From an uncultured Gammaproteobacteria bacterium (GTDB taxonomy: Bacteria > Pseudomonadota > Gammaproteobacteria > Pseudomonadales > Ketobacteraceae), in NCBI GenBank assembly GCA_913063125.1, contig CAJXZM010000046.1, positions 4,683 to 36,682 of the forward strand: DNA of 32,000 nt, given 5' to 3'. Numbering within the stretch: the stretch's first letter is position 1; the number at the start of each line of letters is the position of its first letter. This document shows positions 19,001 through 27,652 of this stretch, in pieces. The notes under the pieces were generated by a model. The model did no database searches, was not told the origin of the DNA, and was given only the letters and a program-made list of their open reading frames with translations. The translations under genes were made by a program, and so were the position numbers.

Positions 19001-19681
19001 GTGAATAGCTTGCGCACTGCGAATCATCAGAACGCTCTGCAAAAAAAGGTATTGGATACCGTCAACCGATATTTGACGGATTGTGAACAACTAATCGTCG
19101 AGATTAAAACAGCATTAATTAAACTTAATCAGAGTAATCAATGTAAACGTTTGCAGAATGCAGAATACGCGTTACAACTTTCACAAGACTTGAAAAATAA
19201 AGAGGGTGCTGAGCTGGTTGCTGCTCTGGCAAACATTAAACCTGTGACGAGTTTACAGGCGTTAGCGATAAGCATGACATCGGCTGCCAGTGTTACTCAA
19301 TCATTACAAGATAATAATTGGGATCTGTTAGTCAGCATTTGGTCTTCTGACGATGTTGAAGGCAAGCGAATTAAAAAGCAGGTTTGTGATGCGGTAGTTG
19401 CCGATGAATTGGTGACATCAATAGGGCCAGCATTAAAGCAAGCGCAGGTTGATGCCACGGGAATGATTACTCGACGGACGACTTTGCCAGTGAAACAGGA
19501 GCCTGAATCTATCCCTGAGCGACCGCCCAGGGGGCAGCGAGTGGTTAAACAGGCGCAAAAATCGGGTTTAACGGGTAGTCAGGTAAAATCTTTGTTCGCT
19601 GAAATTGAAGAACAATTGGATGAGGGTTACCTGCTAGATGTGAGTTACAGCATTATTACATCCGATGACGGTGGGGAATAG
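16010..19681 (+). CDS. pglY: PglY: large P-loop ATPase of BREX type 2 (BrxC/PglY family)
   Basis: Walker A is HGSFGSGKSHF and Walker B is VILFLDELILW. It is 1223 aa and sits between pglX and pglZ. Confidence 0.85.
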   Translation: MTLIKDLIEIPEKVQRGDFVLNLSSGLAEEAVSQTLGQYVVTPQLAKSFDDALSFIKNTVVGGQKRQKGAYLHGSFGSGKSHFMAVMHLLLQGNTQARAINELAPVVSKNDDWLQKTNILLVPYHMIGAASIEAGILGGYAKYIKKLHPEAPVPGFYMSNRLFQDAKQLRENMGDEAFFNTLNTGASAADVDNGWGDLASGWDAISFDSVLNEQSGSEDKDRLVGDLVGTFYSSMVDMANTEYGGYVDFDEGLRIMTEHAKSLGYDAVILFLDELILWLASHLSDQKFIAGNIQKVVKLVEPSAQRALPIASFIARQRDLREFVGDQYTGAAQTALSDSLKYWEGRFHTITLEDRNLPVIAERRLLKPINEAAKNQINDAFSSMDARMREDVHNILLTNKGDREMFRSLYPFSPALVQALVALSSALQRERTALKVMLMLLVDQRETLELGSCIPVGDLYDVIGSEAEPFSEAMRLHFDNAKILFERKLIPLLEEEHHVSFTALGELPDTDTAKRSFNNDMRLIKTLLLSALVPEVECFKQLTATKLAALNHGTIKSPIPGRETQTVLQKCRKWAGRVGEIKISDDNNPVIAIQLSGVDTEAILEDAKVHDNDGSRRKLVKDLVFEAFGVKDENQMFLEHQFVWRGTRRNVELLFSNIREISDFTTFEARGDDWKVIIDYPFDSDGRSPADDKARIQEYEATGGSARTLCWLPYFLSQNAQRDLGTLVTLEYVLKNDERFNSFGKHLSPVDRGQARTLLDNQRSQLRQRIKDYLMGAYGAAEPLPNSLDDSGSLESQVISLEQGFSPNLPIGSDLGKAFENLLGQALSFQYSAHPEFENLIKTVDLDKVLVQLRRAIHASNGRIDVDSPLRPLMRSIAQPMGLGEMHERHFIFKEDWPKQLSRELAKDEQAGDPVTVKRLRAAIDQPTEKGLPNALQNLLIMVFAEHGQYAFTLHGGDFEVVLKDIRDDLVLVKQDLAEPLVWKEGIDNAGAVFGATVNSLRTANHQNALQKKVLDTVNRYLTDCEQLIVEIKTALIKLNQSNQCKRLQNAEYALQLSQDLKNKEGAELVAALANIKPVTSLQALAISMTSAASVTQSLQDNNWDLLVSIWSSDDVEGKRIKKQVCDAVVADELVTSIGPALKQAQVDATGMITRRTTLPVKQEPESIPERPPRGQRVVKQAQKSGLTGSQVKSLFAEIEEQLDEGYLLDVSYSIITSDDGGE

Positions 19682-19686
19682 CCATT

Positions 19687-22497
19687 ATGCCTAATTCTTC
19701 TGCAGTTAAGGCACAGACAACCAAAGCCTATGCCCCTACGCCTGTAGTGAATCAGCTGCAGGCAATCTACCAACGAGATGATGCAGCTGATTGTGTTGCA
19801 CTGGTGTGGCCAGAGGCCTTAGTTGATGTAGAAATAGTGGTAAATGTTGATAATAAGCGGACTCGCTTTGTTTATTGCCACTCTGAGCTTGCGATGCGTG
19901 AGGCATTAGTTGATCACCGTGATGCCAGTGAGCGTTTGGTGCTGCTTTCCAAGTTTGATGAAGTACATTTAGCCAAAGATGTGCTGGCGAGAATCTGGAA
20001 GAATGAACCGCAACGTATTAGCCCTTGGAAGACGTTACAGCAATTAATCAAAGTACGAGAAGTTGATCCTCGTTTGCCTAAGAAAAATGGCCGATGGATG
20101 GCGGAGGCATTGCTGGGTTGCTTTGATCGTTTTCAGGAGAAAATAGCCTTTGGCGAGGTGTTGGATCAAGACAATGCTTGGCGCGCGCTGGCGCTTGGTT
20201 ATCTGAATTATGATGAGCCAGCGTTGGATTTACAGTCATTGTTTAGCTGGTCTATCAGTAATGACGTTTCACCACTTATCAAGAAACTACCGTCAGATGT
20301 AAAGGATAATCTTGAGGATTGGCTACACCAGGGTATTCCGCAAACTAGCCAGTTAGTTCAAACCCTTCTGCTGAATGAGCAAGGTGATGACTTGCTGTCG
20401 ATTGGCCTTGCTTGTTCAGTGATGTATTACAACGGTATTGAATCACTTACGGTAGTTGATATAACTCAACTCCATATTAGCCGGGGTGTTTTTAAAGAGC
20501 GCTTCTTAGCGGGAACAACGTTTGATCAACATCTGTTGCAACAATTTGGTGGTGACGCCATCAAAACTACATTGCGGGTATTAAAAGAAAAAGGGCATCA
20601 GGTAATTAATGAGGCGCTGGGTAAAACGGAGCAAATACTGGCTAGCTTAGATTTGTTACCTGCCGTAGAACTCTCAGAGGTGTTGCCTGGTAGTCTTAAA
20701 CTGCGTTTTACGCGTTATGCTGAGTCCTTATCTTGTGTATTGGCAGGAGGTGAGGTTGAGCAGGCTGAATCTGCTTTGTCGGTGCTTAAACGACATGCGT
20801 TTGTCGGAATGCCTGCGCAGCAAGAATCAGTTGAGCGCGCCGACATGGCGCTTCGTTTGGCACGGTGGTTAAAGCAGGCTCCTGAACAGTCTGGCAGTGC
20901 TGCGAAATCAATCTCTGAATATATACAACAAGGCAGTTATGCCGATTGGGCGCGTTCGGTTGTGTGGTCAGGTGATGTGCATGAGGTGCTAAACAACGTC
21001 TACCAACAGCTAACAGAACGAGTTAGCCATATCCGTAAAAATCAGAATCAAGCTTTTTCACAACAGTTAGATGCTATTGCTCGTGGTGATGTGTTGGGTG
21101 ATCACTATATTCCGGTTGAGAATGCATTAGAGCGTATTGTTGCTCCCATTGCTGAGAAAAACCCTGTATTACTGCTTGTGTTAGATGGTATGAGTGAGGC
21201 GGTTTTTCGGGAGTTAACCGAAGATTTAATAAAACATCACTGGCTTGAACTTAAAGTTGCAGGTAACTCAGGAGATCAATGTTTGGTGGCAGCATTGCCG
21301 ACAGTTACTAAGGTTAGCCGCTGTTCCTTGCTTTCGGGCCGATTGGCTGAAGGTGTTGCGAATGATGAGAAGAAAGCGTTTAGTGGACATGCGCTATTAA
21401 AGAAAATCGCATCTACTAAATACCCACCAATGATATTTCACAAGCAAGATTTGCAGCAGACGGGCACTGGAGCGTTAAACGCAGATGTTCGAGCAAAACT
21501 GGCTAGCACGGGATACCGGGTATTAGCGGCCGTCATTAATGCGATTGATGATCAGCTTTCCAGTAGTTCTCAAGTGTCGGTTAATTGGATGTTGGATAAT
21601 GTCGCGTTGTTGCGTCAAGTGTTAGAGGCTGCTCGTGAATCGGGCCGTGTAGTGGTGATTACTAGCGATCATGGACATGTGCTCGATCATCATTCTCTTT
21701 ATCAAGCGCCGGATTCTTCTTCTGAAAATAATGTTAACGGTGAGAGGTACCAGCTTATCTCTGATAGTGTTTCTGAGCATGAAGTTAGGGTGTCGGGTGA
21801 GCGAGTAGTGACAGCGAAACAATCTGTAGTACTACCTTGGACAGAGCAGTTACGTTATACCAAATCGAAAAATATGGGTTATCACGGAGGAGGTAGTCTT
21901 CAGGAGGTGGTCATTCCGTTCGGTGTGTTTGTGAGTGCAGCTGATATTGATGTGCTTGAGGGTTGGTCAGAAGTACCGCGTAGTTTTCCCAAGTGGTGGT
22001 ATCAAGAATCAGTTAAAGCTGAAATAGCCAGCAGTTTTATTAATCCTGCTTATACAGATGCAAAGCCAGCCAGGAAACCCAAAAAATCCAAGAATGCTGA
22101 TGCAGTGGCTGAGGTGATGGATGATATGTTTGCTGCCACAGCTGATGCCGCTACAATTATAGAGGCAGCTACAGAGCCGGAAGCGGCTGCAGAAATGTGG
22201 ATAGAGGATCTTTTCAGTTCTGCTGTATATCTGCAGGTAAAGAGCAGGGTGGGTCGAACCGGGATTAAAGAAGAAGAGCTAAGAGCGTTGATTGAATTTT
22301 TGGATCAGCATCAAGGGCAGGCGATGGAGGCTGCAGTGCTTCGTTATTTAGAAAAGCCTAAAATCAGATTGAGGGGTTTTCTGGCGGGTGCTCAAAAATT
22401 ATTGAATGTTGATGGGTACCCCATTCTTTCAGTCGAGCGTGATTCTCAAACTATAAAGCTCAATATCGTTGATCTCAAAAAACAATTTGAGCTGTGA
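19687..22497 (+). CDS. pglZ: PglZ: alkaline-phosphatase-superfamily BREX core protein
   Basis: PglZ-domain metal-site motifs are PVLLLVLDGMSEAVF and VVVITSDHGHVLD, followed by GYHGGGSLQEVVIP. It is 936 aa. Confidence 0.9.
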   Translation: MPNSSAVKAQTTKAYAPTPVVNQLQAIYQRDDAADCVALVWPEALVDVEIVVNVDNKRTRFVYCHSELAMREALVDHRDASERLVLLSKFDEVHLAKDVLARIWKNEPQRISPWKTLQQLIKVREVDPRLPKKNGRWMAEALLGCFDRFQEKIAFGEVLDQDNAWRALALGYLNYDEPALDLQSLFSWSISNDVSPLIKKLPSDVKDNLEDWLHQGIPQTSQLVQTLLLNEQGDDLLSIGLACSVMYYNGIESLTVVDITQLHISRGVFKERFLAGTTFDQHLLQQFGGDAIKTTLRVLKEKGHQVINEALGKTEQILASLDLLPAVELSEVLPGSLKLRFTRYAESLSCVLAGGEVEQAESALSVLKRHAFVGMPAQQESVERADMALRLARWLKQAPEQSGSAAKSISEYIQQGSYADWARSVVWSGDVHEVLNNVYQQLTERVSHIRKNQNQAFSQQLDAIARGDVLGDHYIPVENALERIVAPIAEKNPVLLLVLDGMSEAVFRELTEDLIKHHWLELKVAGNSGDQCLVAALPTVTKVSRCSLLSGRLAEGVANDEKKAFSGHALLKKIASTKYPPMIFHKQDLQQTGTGALNADVRAKLASTGYRVLAAVINAIDDQLSSSSQVSVNWMLDNVALLRQVLEAARESGRVVVITSDHGHVLDHHSLYQAPDSSSENNVNGERYQLISDSVSEHEVRVSGERVVTAKQSVVLPWTEQLRYTKSKNMGYHGGGSLQEVVIPFGVFVSAADIDVLEGWSEVPRSFPKWWYQESVKAEIASSFINPAYTDAKPARKPKKSKNADAVAEVMDDMFAATADAATIIEAATEPEAAAEMWIEDLFSSAVYLQVKSRVGRTGIKEEELRALIEFLDQHQGQAMEAAVLRYLEKPKIRLRGFLAGAQKLLNVDGYPILSVERDSQTIKLNIVDLKKQFEL

Positions 22498-22531
22498 ATT
22501 AATAAAAAAGCAAACAATAAGAGAAAGCACC

Positions 22532-23851
22532 ATGAGCATTAGCCAACAACGAAGACAGGATATTCTCGATGCATTGCGAAGAGGTACCGTTCCTCAATAT
22601 GGCTTAGATGCATTAGCGGTTGGTTTACAGACGTTTGAAAGTGCCTTTGATGAAGAGCTGGAAAAGGTAGCGCGCGGTGGAGCGGCGTTTAAGGCTATAC
22701 GAGGAGAGTATGGTAGCGGTAAGACATTTGCCTCTCGATGGTTACGCGAGCGTGCATTTCGGCTTGGTTTCGCTTGTGCTGAAGTACAGGTCTCCGAAAC
22801 TGAAACGCCATTACATAAGTTAGAGACGGTTTACCGCAGGCTGATGGAACGATTAACAACACCCGATTCACCTTCTGGTGCATTTCGTAATATCGTTGAT
22901 TCTTGGTTCTATACACTGGAGGAAGACGTGTTGGAACAACAGGATATCGATCCTGATGATGTAGATACATTGGTTGAGGCAACAGATGCCTTGATGGAAA
23001 AACGTTTGGGGGAAGTCGTGAGAACTGCTCCTGCGTTTGCTTTAACGTTACGGGCCTATCGGCGTGCGTTGGTTGAAGGGAATGATGAAATTGCAGATGG
23101 TTTGCTAGCCTGGATGGCTGGGCAGCCGAATATCTCAGCTTCTGTAAAACGTTATGCAAAGATTAAAGGCGATATTGACCATTTTGGTGCGCTGAGTTTC
23201 TTGCAAGGTGTGCTGATGATATTAAAAGACTCGGGTCACCCAGGGTTGTTGTTGGTACTGGATGAAGTGGAAACTCTTCAGCGTATGCGAGGGGATGTTA
23301 GAGATAAAAGTTTGAATGCGTTGCGCCAACTGATGGACGAAGTCGATGGTGGGCGATTTCCTGGATTGTACCTTGTGATAACAGGTACCCCGGCTTTTTA
23401 TGATGGGCCAATGGGTGTGCAAAGATTGGCCCCTCTTGCACAGCGGTTGTCGGTAGATTTCGCGACGGATGCGCGTTTTGATAACCCAAGGGCTGTGCAG
23501 ATCCGGTTGAAGGGCTTTGATCGTTCGTCATTAGAGGAAGTTGGTCGTAAAGTACGGGATTTATACGCACAGAACAGCCAGGCACGCGAACGTGTTTCGA
23601 CGCTGGCAGATGATCGTTATATTGCCGACTTGGCAAATGCGGTGACGGGCAATCTGGGCGGTAAAGTTGGTATTGCGCCGCGTATTTTTCTTAAGAAATT
23701 GGTGGGTGATGTATTGGATCGTATTGACCAATTTGATGACTTCTCACCTAGAGAGCATTATGCATTAACGATTTCTGATACTGAGTTGACGGATGTTGAA
23801 CGCGCGTCTAAATCCGCAGACAGTGTTGATGATATAGAGCTAGATCTATGA
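22532..23851 (+). CDS. brxD: BrxD: BREX type 2 ATP-binding protein
   Basis: Walker A is IRGEYGSGKTF and Walker B is GLLLVLDEVETL. The N-terminus MSISQQRRQDILDALRRGTVPQ is typical of this family. I prefer the ATG at 22532 over the ORF-track start at 22469, which lies inside pglZ. Confidence 0.85.
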   Translation: MSISQQRRQDILDALRRGTVPQYGLDALAVGLQTFESAFDEELEKVARGGAAFKAIRGEYGSGKTFASRWLRERAFRLGFACAEVQVSETETPLHKLETVYRRLMERLTTPDSPSGAFRNIVDSWFYTLEEDVLEQQDIDPDDVDTLVEATDALMEKRLGEVVRTAPAFALTLRAYRRALVEGNDEIADGLLAWMAGQPNISASVKRYAKIKGDIDHFGALSFLQGVLMILKDSGHPGLLLVLDEVETLQRMRGDVRDKSLNALRQLMDEVDGGRFPGLYLVITGTPAFYDGPMGVQRLAPLAQRLSVDFATDARFDNPRAVQIRLKGFDRSSLEEVGRKVRDLYAQNSQARERVSTLADDRYIADLANAVTGNLGGKVGIAPRIFLKKLVGDVLDRIDQFDDFSPREHYALTISDTELTDVERASKSADSVDDIELDL

Positions 23852-25953
23852 GCGAGTTTGATAAGCTCCATCCAGCGTTACAGCACCATATTGTTAATAG
23901 TCTTGGCTGGCCTGGTTTGCGTCCCTTACAAGAGAGCACTATTCAACCTGTATTAGATGGTGAACATGCGATTTTATTAGCACCGACCGCAGGCGGCAAA
24001 ACGGAGGCAGCTTGCTTTCCTATATTTTCTCGTATGCTTACGGAGAATTGGACTGGGCTGAGTGTACTTTATATCTGCCCAATTAAAGCGCTGTTGAATA
24101 ACCTTGAGGAACGCCTTAGCTATTATGGACAGTTACTTGGCCGAAGTGTGGCTGTTTGGCACGGAGATATTAGCGCTTCTCGCAAAGCAAAAATTATTGC
24201 TGATCCCCCCGATATACTGTTGGCGACGCCTGAATCTTTAGAGGTAATGTTGGTATCCAACCGTATTGATCACCGTATTCTGTTTGCCAATGTACGAAGT
24301 GTCATTATTGATGAGGTTCACGCTTTTGCCGGGGATGACCGCGGTTGGCATTTGTTATCTGTATTGGAGCGAATCAGCGTTATTGCGGGACGAGAATTAC
24401 AGCGTTTGGGATTATCTGCGACAGTGGGTAACCCTGAGGTGTTATGCGATTGGTTGGCAAGCTCATGTGAGTCCAAACGCAGTGTGATTAACCCGCCTGC
24501 AGAAAATAATGTCGTTCCAGATGTTCAGGTCGATTGGGTGGGTTCGGTTCGTAATGCGGCTATTGTTATATCCCGTTTGCATCGTGGTGAGAAACGATTG
24601 GTGTTTGTTGATAGCCGCTCCCGAGTGGAAGAGCTGGCAATGGAGTTGAGAGGCTTGGGAGTGGCTACTTATGTATCACATAGCTGTCTTAGCCTAGAGG
24701 AGCGTTGCTCTGCAGAGGAAGCATTTTCTCAAGGTTCTGATTGTGTCATTGTCGCTACTTCCACTCTGGAGCTAGGTATCGATGTTGGTGATCTGGATAG
24801 AGTTATCCAACTAGATTCCCCCTTTACAGTCGCTTCTTTTCTTCAACGTATAGGTAGAACAGGGCGGAGAGCGGGTAGTTCTCGCAACTGCTTATTTCTA
24901 GCGACTAAAGAGGATGCGTTTCTTAGAGCGCTTGCATTGTTGAAATTATGGCAGAAAAATTTCGTTGAGCCGATTGAGCCACCAGCGAGACCGATGCATA
25001 TTTATGCACAACAAGTGATGGCACTGACACTACAAGAGAACGGCATCATTGCTCAGGATATCGGCGCATGGCTTGGAGCAATGCCTGGGTTTTCTTCTGT
25101 AGCGATTAAAGAAAGAGAACAAGCTGTTGAATACATGCTTTCGACGAGTGTTCTCCATTCTGATTCAGGTATTTTGGGGGTTGGACGCACAGGTGAAAAT
25201 TCCTTTGGCCAGAAAAATTTCATGGAGCTGTTTTCGGTATTTACTAGTCCACCAATGGTTAAGGTTTTCCATGGGAAGCAAGAGCTAGGTGAAGTTCATC
25301 AGCTGACCTTTGCTGTGAAGGAGGAGGGGCCTGCGCTGCTTACATTGGGAGGAAGAAGCTGGATAACCAAGTATATAGATTGGGCCCGAAAGAAAGCCTA
25401 TGTTGAACCAACAGATATGCGTGGACGCTCGCAATGGCTAAGTTCTGGACAGCCAATGCAGTATGAAATGTGCCAGGCTATCGCTGAAACCCTGTTAGAT
25501 GAGGACGTCCAAGACGGATTGTCTACGCGCGCTCAAAACCTGCTTGAGGAACTGAAGGAAGAGTTTGGCTGGTTGGAAGAGGGTAAGACAACACTTTTGA
25601 TTGATTCGGATGGAAACGCAAATTGGTGGACATTTTCTGGACGTCTCTTGAATGCCGCGTTTACTGAAGTTTTGGCGGGTGAAGCGGACAAGGTTGGCTC
25701 TGATAATTTGTGTATCACGTTTTCCCATGTGTATGATGTGGAGGCATTAGTGAATAAAGTCAGAGATATTATGGGCGGCAAATCGAGCGATATTTGCCTT
25801 TCCTTGGAAGAAGACTTTATTCAGGAACTCAAGTTTTCGGAATGCTTGGCGCAGAAGGAAATAGATAAAGAGATTTTGGCTAGGTATTCACTTGGTAGGG
25901 ATTTTGATCGTTTTGCACTGCGGGGACTTGTTATATTACATACGGGCATATGA
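23848..25953 (+). CDS. brxHI: BrxHI: Lhr-like DEAD/DEAH-box superfamily 2 helicase of BREX type 2
   Basis: ATGA overlap with the brxD stop. Helicase motifs are LAPTAGGKTEA (I), IIDEVHAF (II), LSATVGNP (III) and LQRIGRTGRRAG (VI). Confidence 0.85.
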   Translation: MSEFDKLHPALQHHIVNSLGWPGLRPLQESTIQPVLDGEHAILLAPTAGGKTEAACFPIFSRMLTENWTGLSVLYICPIKALLNNLEERLSYYGQLLGRSVAVWHGDISASRKAKIIADPPDILLATPESLEVMLVSNRIDHRILFANVRSVIIDEVHAFAGDDRGWHLLSVLERISVIAGRELQRLGLSATVGNPEVLCDWLASSCESKRSVINPPAENNVVPDVQVDWVGSVRNAAIVISRLHRGEKRLVFVDSRSRVEELAMELRGLGVATYVSHSCLSLEERCSAEEAFSQGSDCVIVATSTLELGIDVGDLDRVIQLDSPFTVASFLQRIGRTGRRAGSSRNCLFLATKEDAFLRALALLKLWQKNFVEPIEPPARPMHIYAQQVMALTLQENGIIAQDIGAWLGAMPGFSSVAIKEREQAVEYMLSTSVLHSDSGILGVGRTGENSFGQKNFMELFSVFTSPPMVKVFHGKQELGEVHQLTFAVKEEGPALLTLGGRSWITKYIDWARKKAYVEPTDMRGRSQWLSSGQPMQYEMCQAIAETLLDEDVQDGLSTRAQNLLEELKEEFGWLEEGKTTLLIDSDGNANWWTFSGRLLNAAFTEVLAGEADKVGSDNLCITFSHVYDVEALVNKVRDIMGGKSSDICLSLEEDFIQELKFSECLAQKEIDKEILARYSLGRDFDRFALRGLVILHTGI

Positions 25954-26089
25954 CCAATATGCTAGCTTTCTGAGTGGGTGACACCGATATATCGGGTGCT
26001 AATCAAGAAGGATTCATCGGGCCATAGGCTAGCGTCATTGCAGCTAATCCCTAACGGTTTACGTATCAAAGTTATACTAGGAGGGGAAT

Positions 26090-27652
26090 ATGACCTTAAG
26101 ATTTATGAAAGTCGGATATGAATCAACGATTCCATCGGTTGGAAATAATGTTGCGTATCTTGCTGTCAATAACTGGGATGATTATGATCATAAATCACTT
26201 TTCTATTTGACGGTGTATGATCAGCATGGCCAAAGGTTTGATGTCGGTGATGTTAAAATAGGATTTGTAGGTCAAGGTATTGGGTGGACAGAGAAATCGT
26301 TGCCAGATGTGGCTTTTGAAGGTTTAGCTGATGACTTTTTCTCTCTTGGACAGGATGTTGACTATTATCGGGTTATTGCCGAAGACCTGCCAGAATATAT
26401 TAGATTAATTCTGTTAGATAAACTGAAAGATGTAGTGAATGATTGGGATCTTTTGGAACGAATAAGTGATGAACCGGTGTTTAGTGTCTCGCTAACAAGA
26501 AGTGTTAGCTCTCAAGTAGTTTTCGATCAATATCGACGCGTGTTAAATCATGACGCCGTTTTAACTAAATATAATTTTTCCTATAGTAAACCGGCGACAG
26601 ATAACTATTCGGGTGTTGCACTGGAATTTAAAGTTGTTCCAGATACGAAGCCATCAACTAATATCCATGTTCTTATTGGTCGCAACGGGATAGGTAAGAC
26701 AACCATTTTAAGCAATATGGTTCGCTCCTTGGTTTTCCAGAAGTATGATGAGAGCGGTTGTTTTTTTGATAATGAATCCTCCGATTTAGAAAATAATATT
26801 ATTGATCCGGGGTCGTATTTTTCTGGTGTTATCTGTGTCTCATTTAGTATTTTTGACAAATTCACTCCGCCCAAAGATCAGGAGGATCCAAATGAGGGCA
26901 TATGCTTTTCCTATGTGGGTTTGAAGGAGTTGCTTGATTCTGGAGGAGTTAATATAAAGGATCCCGAACAGTTGGAAGATGAGGTTGTTGAAAGTTTAAA
27001 GGTGTGTTTTAGCCTAGTAAAAAAGAAACAGCGTTGGCTTAAAGCCATTGGTAACTTGGAATCAGACGATAATTTTGCAGAGATGAATTTGGCAAGGCTT
27101 TCTGAAGAAGTGGATGAACATGAGCTGGAGAAAAGGGCTAGGAATAAATATTCGAGAATGAGCTCTGGTCATGCCATTGTGTTCTATACGATAACTAAGC
27201 TGATTGAAAAAATTGAAGAAAAAACACTTGTGATTATTGATGAGCCGGAAAGTCATTTGCATCCCCCATTGATATCAGCTTTTATTAGAGCATTATCCGT
27301 CCTTTTGAGCAATCGAAATGCAGTTGGAATTATTGCAACGCATTCTCCTGTCTTGCTACAAGAGGTTCCAAAATTATGTGTGTCAATATTGACGCGATTG
27401 AGGCTTGAAGGCAGTATTGAACGCCCAGAACAAGAAACATTTGGGGAAAATATTGGAACATTGACCCGTGAAGTATTTGATTTGGAAGTGTCTAGATCTG
27501 GTTTTCATGATCTGTTGGCTAAAGCTGTTGAGTCAGGTAAAAGTTATGATGAAATAATCAAAGAGTATTCTGAACAAATTGGAGGGGAAGCAAGGGCCAT
27601 TTTAAAGGGGATGGTTTATAGACGTGATCATCCTCAAGGGGGTGGGGTTTAA
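26090..27652 (+). CDS. ABC/AAA_15-21-type ATPase with an N-terminal extension of about 190 aa; Septu PtuA-like
   Basis: Strong RBS (AGGAGG) upstream. Walker A VLIGRNGIGKTTIL begins only near residue 195. ABC-signature-like RMSSGHA, Walker B TLVIIDEPESHLHPPL and H-loop IIATHSPVLL are present. It is translationally coupled to an HNH gene. Confidence 0.7.
   Translation: MTLRFMKVGYESTIPSVGNNVAYLAVNNWDDYDHKSLFYLTVYDQHGQRFDVGDVKIGFVGQGIGWTEKSLPDVAFEGLADDFFSLGQDVDYYRVIAEDLPEYIRLILLDKLKDVVNDWDLLERISDEPVFSVSLTRSVSSQVVFDQYRRVLNHDAVLTKYNFSYSKPATDNYSGVALEFKVVPDTKPSTNIHVLIGRNGIGKTTILSNMVRSLVFQKYDESGCFFDNESSDLENNIIDPGSYFSGVICVSFSIFDKFTPPKDQEDPNEGICFSYVGLKELLDSGGVNIKDPEQLEDEVVESLKVCFSLVKKKQRWLKAIGNLESDDNFAEMNLARLSEEVDEHELEKRARNKYSRMSSGHAIVFYTITKLIEKIEEKTLVIIDEPESHLHPPLISAFIRALSVLLSNRNAVGIIATHSPVLLQEVPKLCVSILTRLRLEGSIERPEQETFGENIGTLTREVFDLEVSRSGFHDLLAKAVESGKSYDEIIKEYSEQIGGEARAILKGMVYRRDHPQGGGV

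Noticed and set aside
22469-22531. Upstream start for brxD at 22469, overlapping the end of pglZ
   Set aside because: The added residues (MISKNNLSCELIKKQTIREST) are partly the pglZ 3' end read in another frame. The ATG at 22532 gives the family-typical N-terminus.
4428-23636. Numerous 60-154-aa ORFs on the minus strand or in alternate frames inside the large + strand genes (for example 5631-5993, 6826-7104, 7320-7751, 8266-8517, 10814-11134, 13375-13731, 22695-23159, 23298-23636, 24266-24487)
   Set aside because: These are shadow ORFs fully nested in genes with strong motif support. None shows a recognisable motif or an independent RBS.
7863-25953. Alternative classification as type 1 BREX, another BREX subtype, or DISARM
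   Set aside because: There are no BrxA, BrxB or BrxL/Lon-like genes, and no DrmA/B/C-type helicase or PLD genes. A PglW kinase together with BrxD and BrxHI is the type 2 signature.
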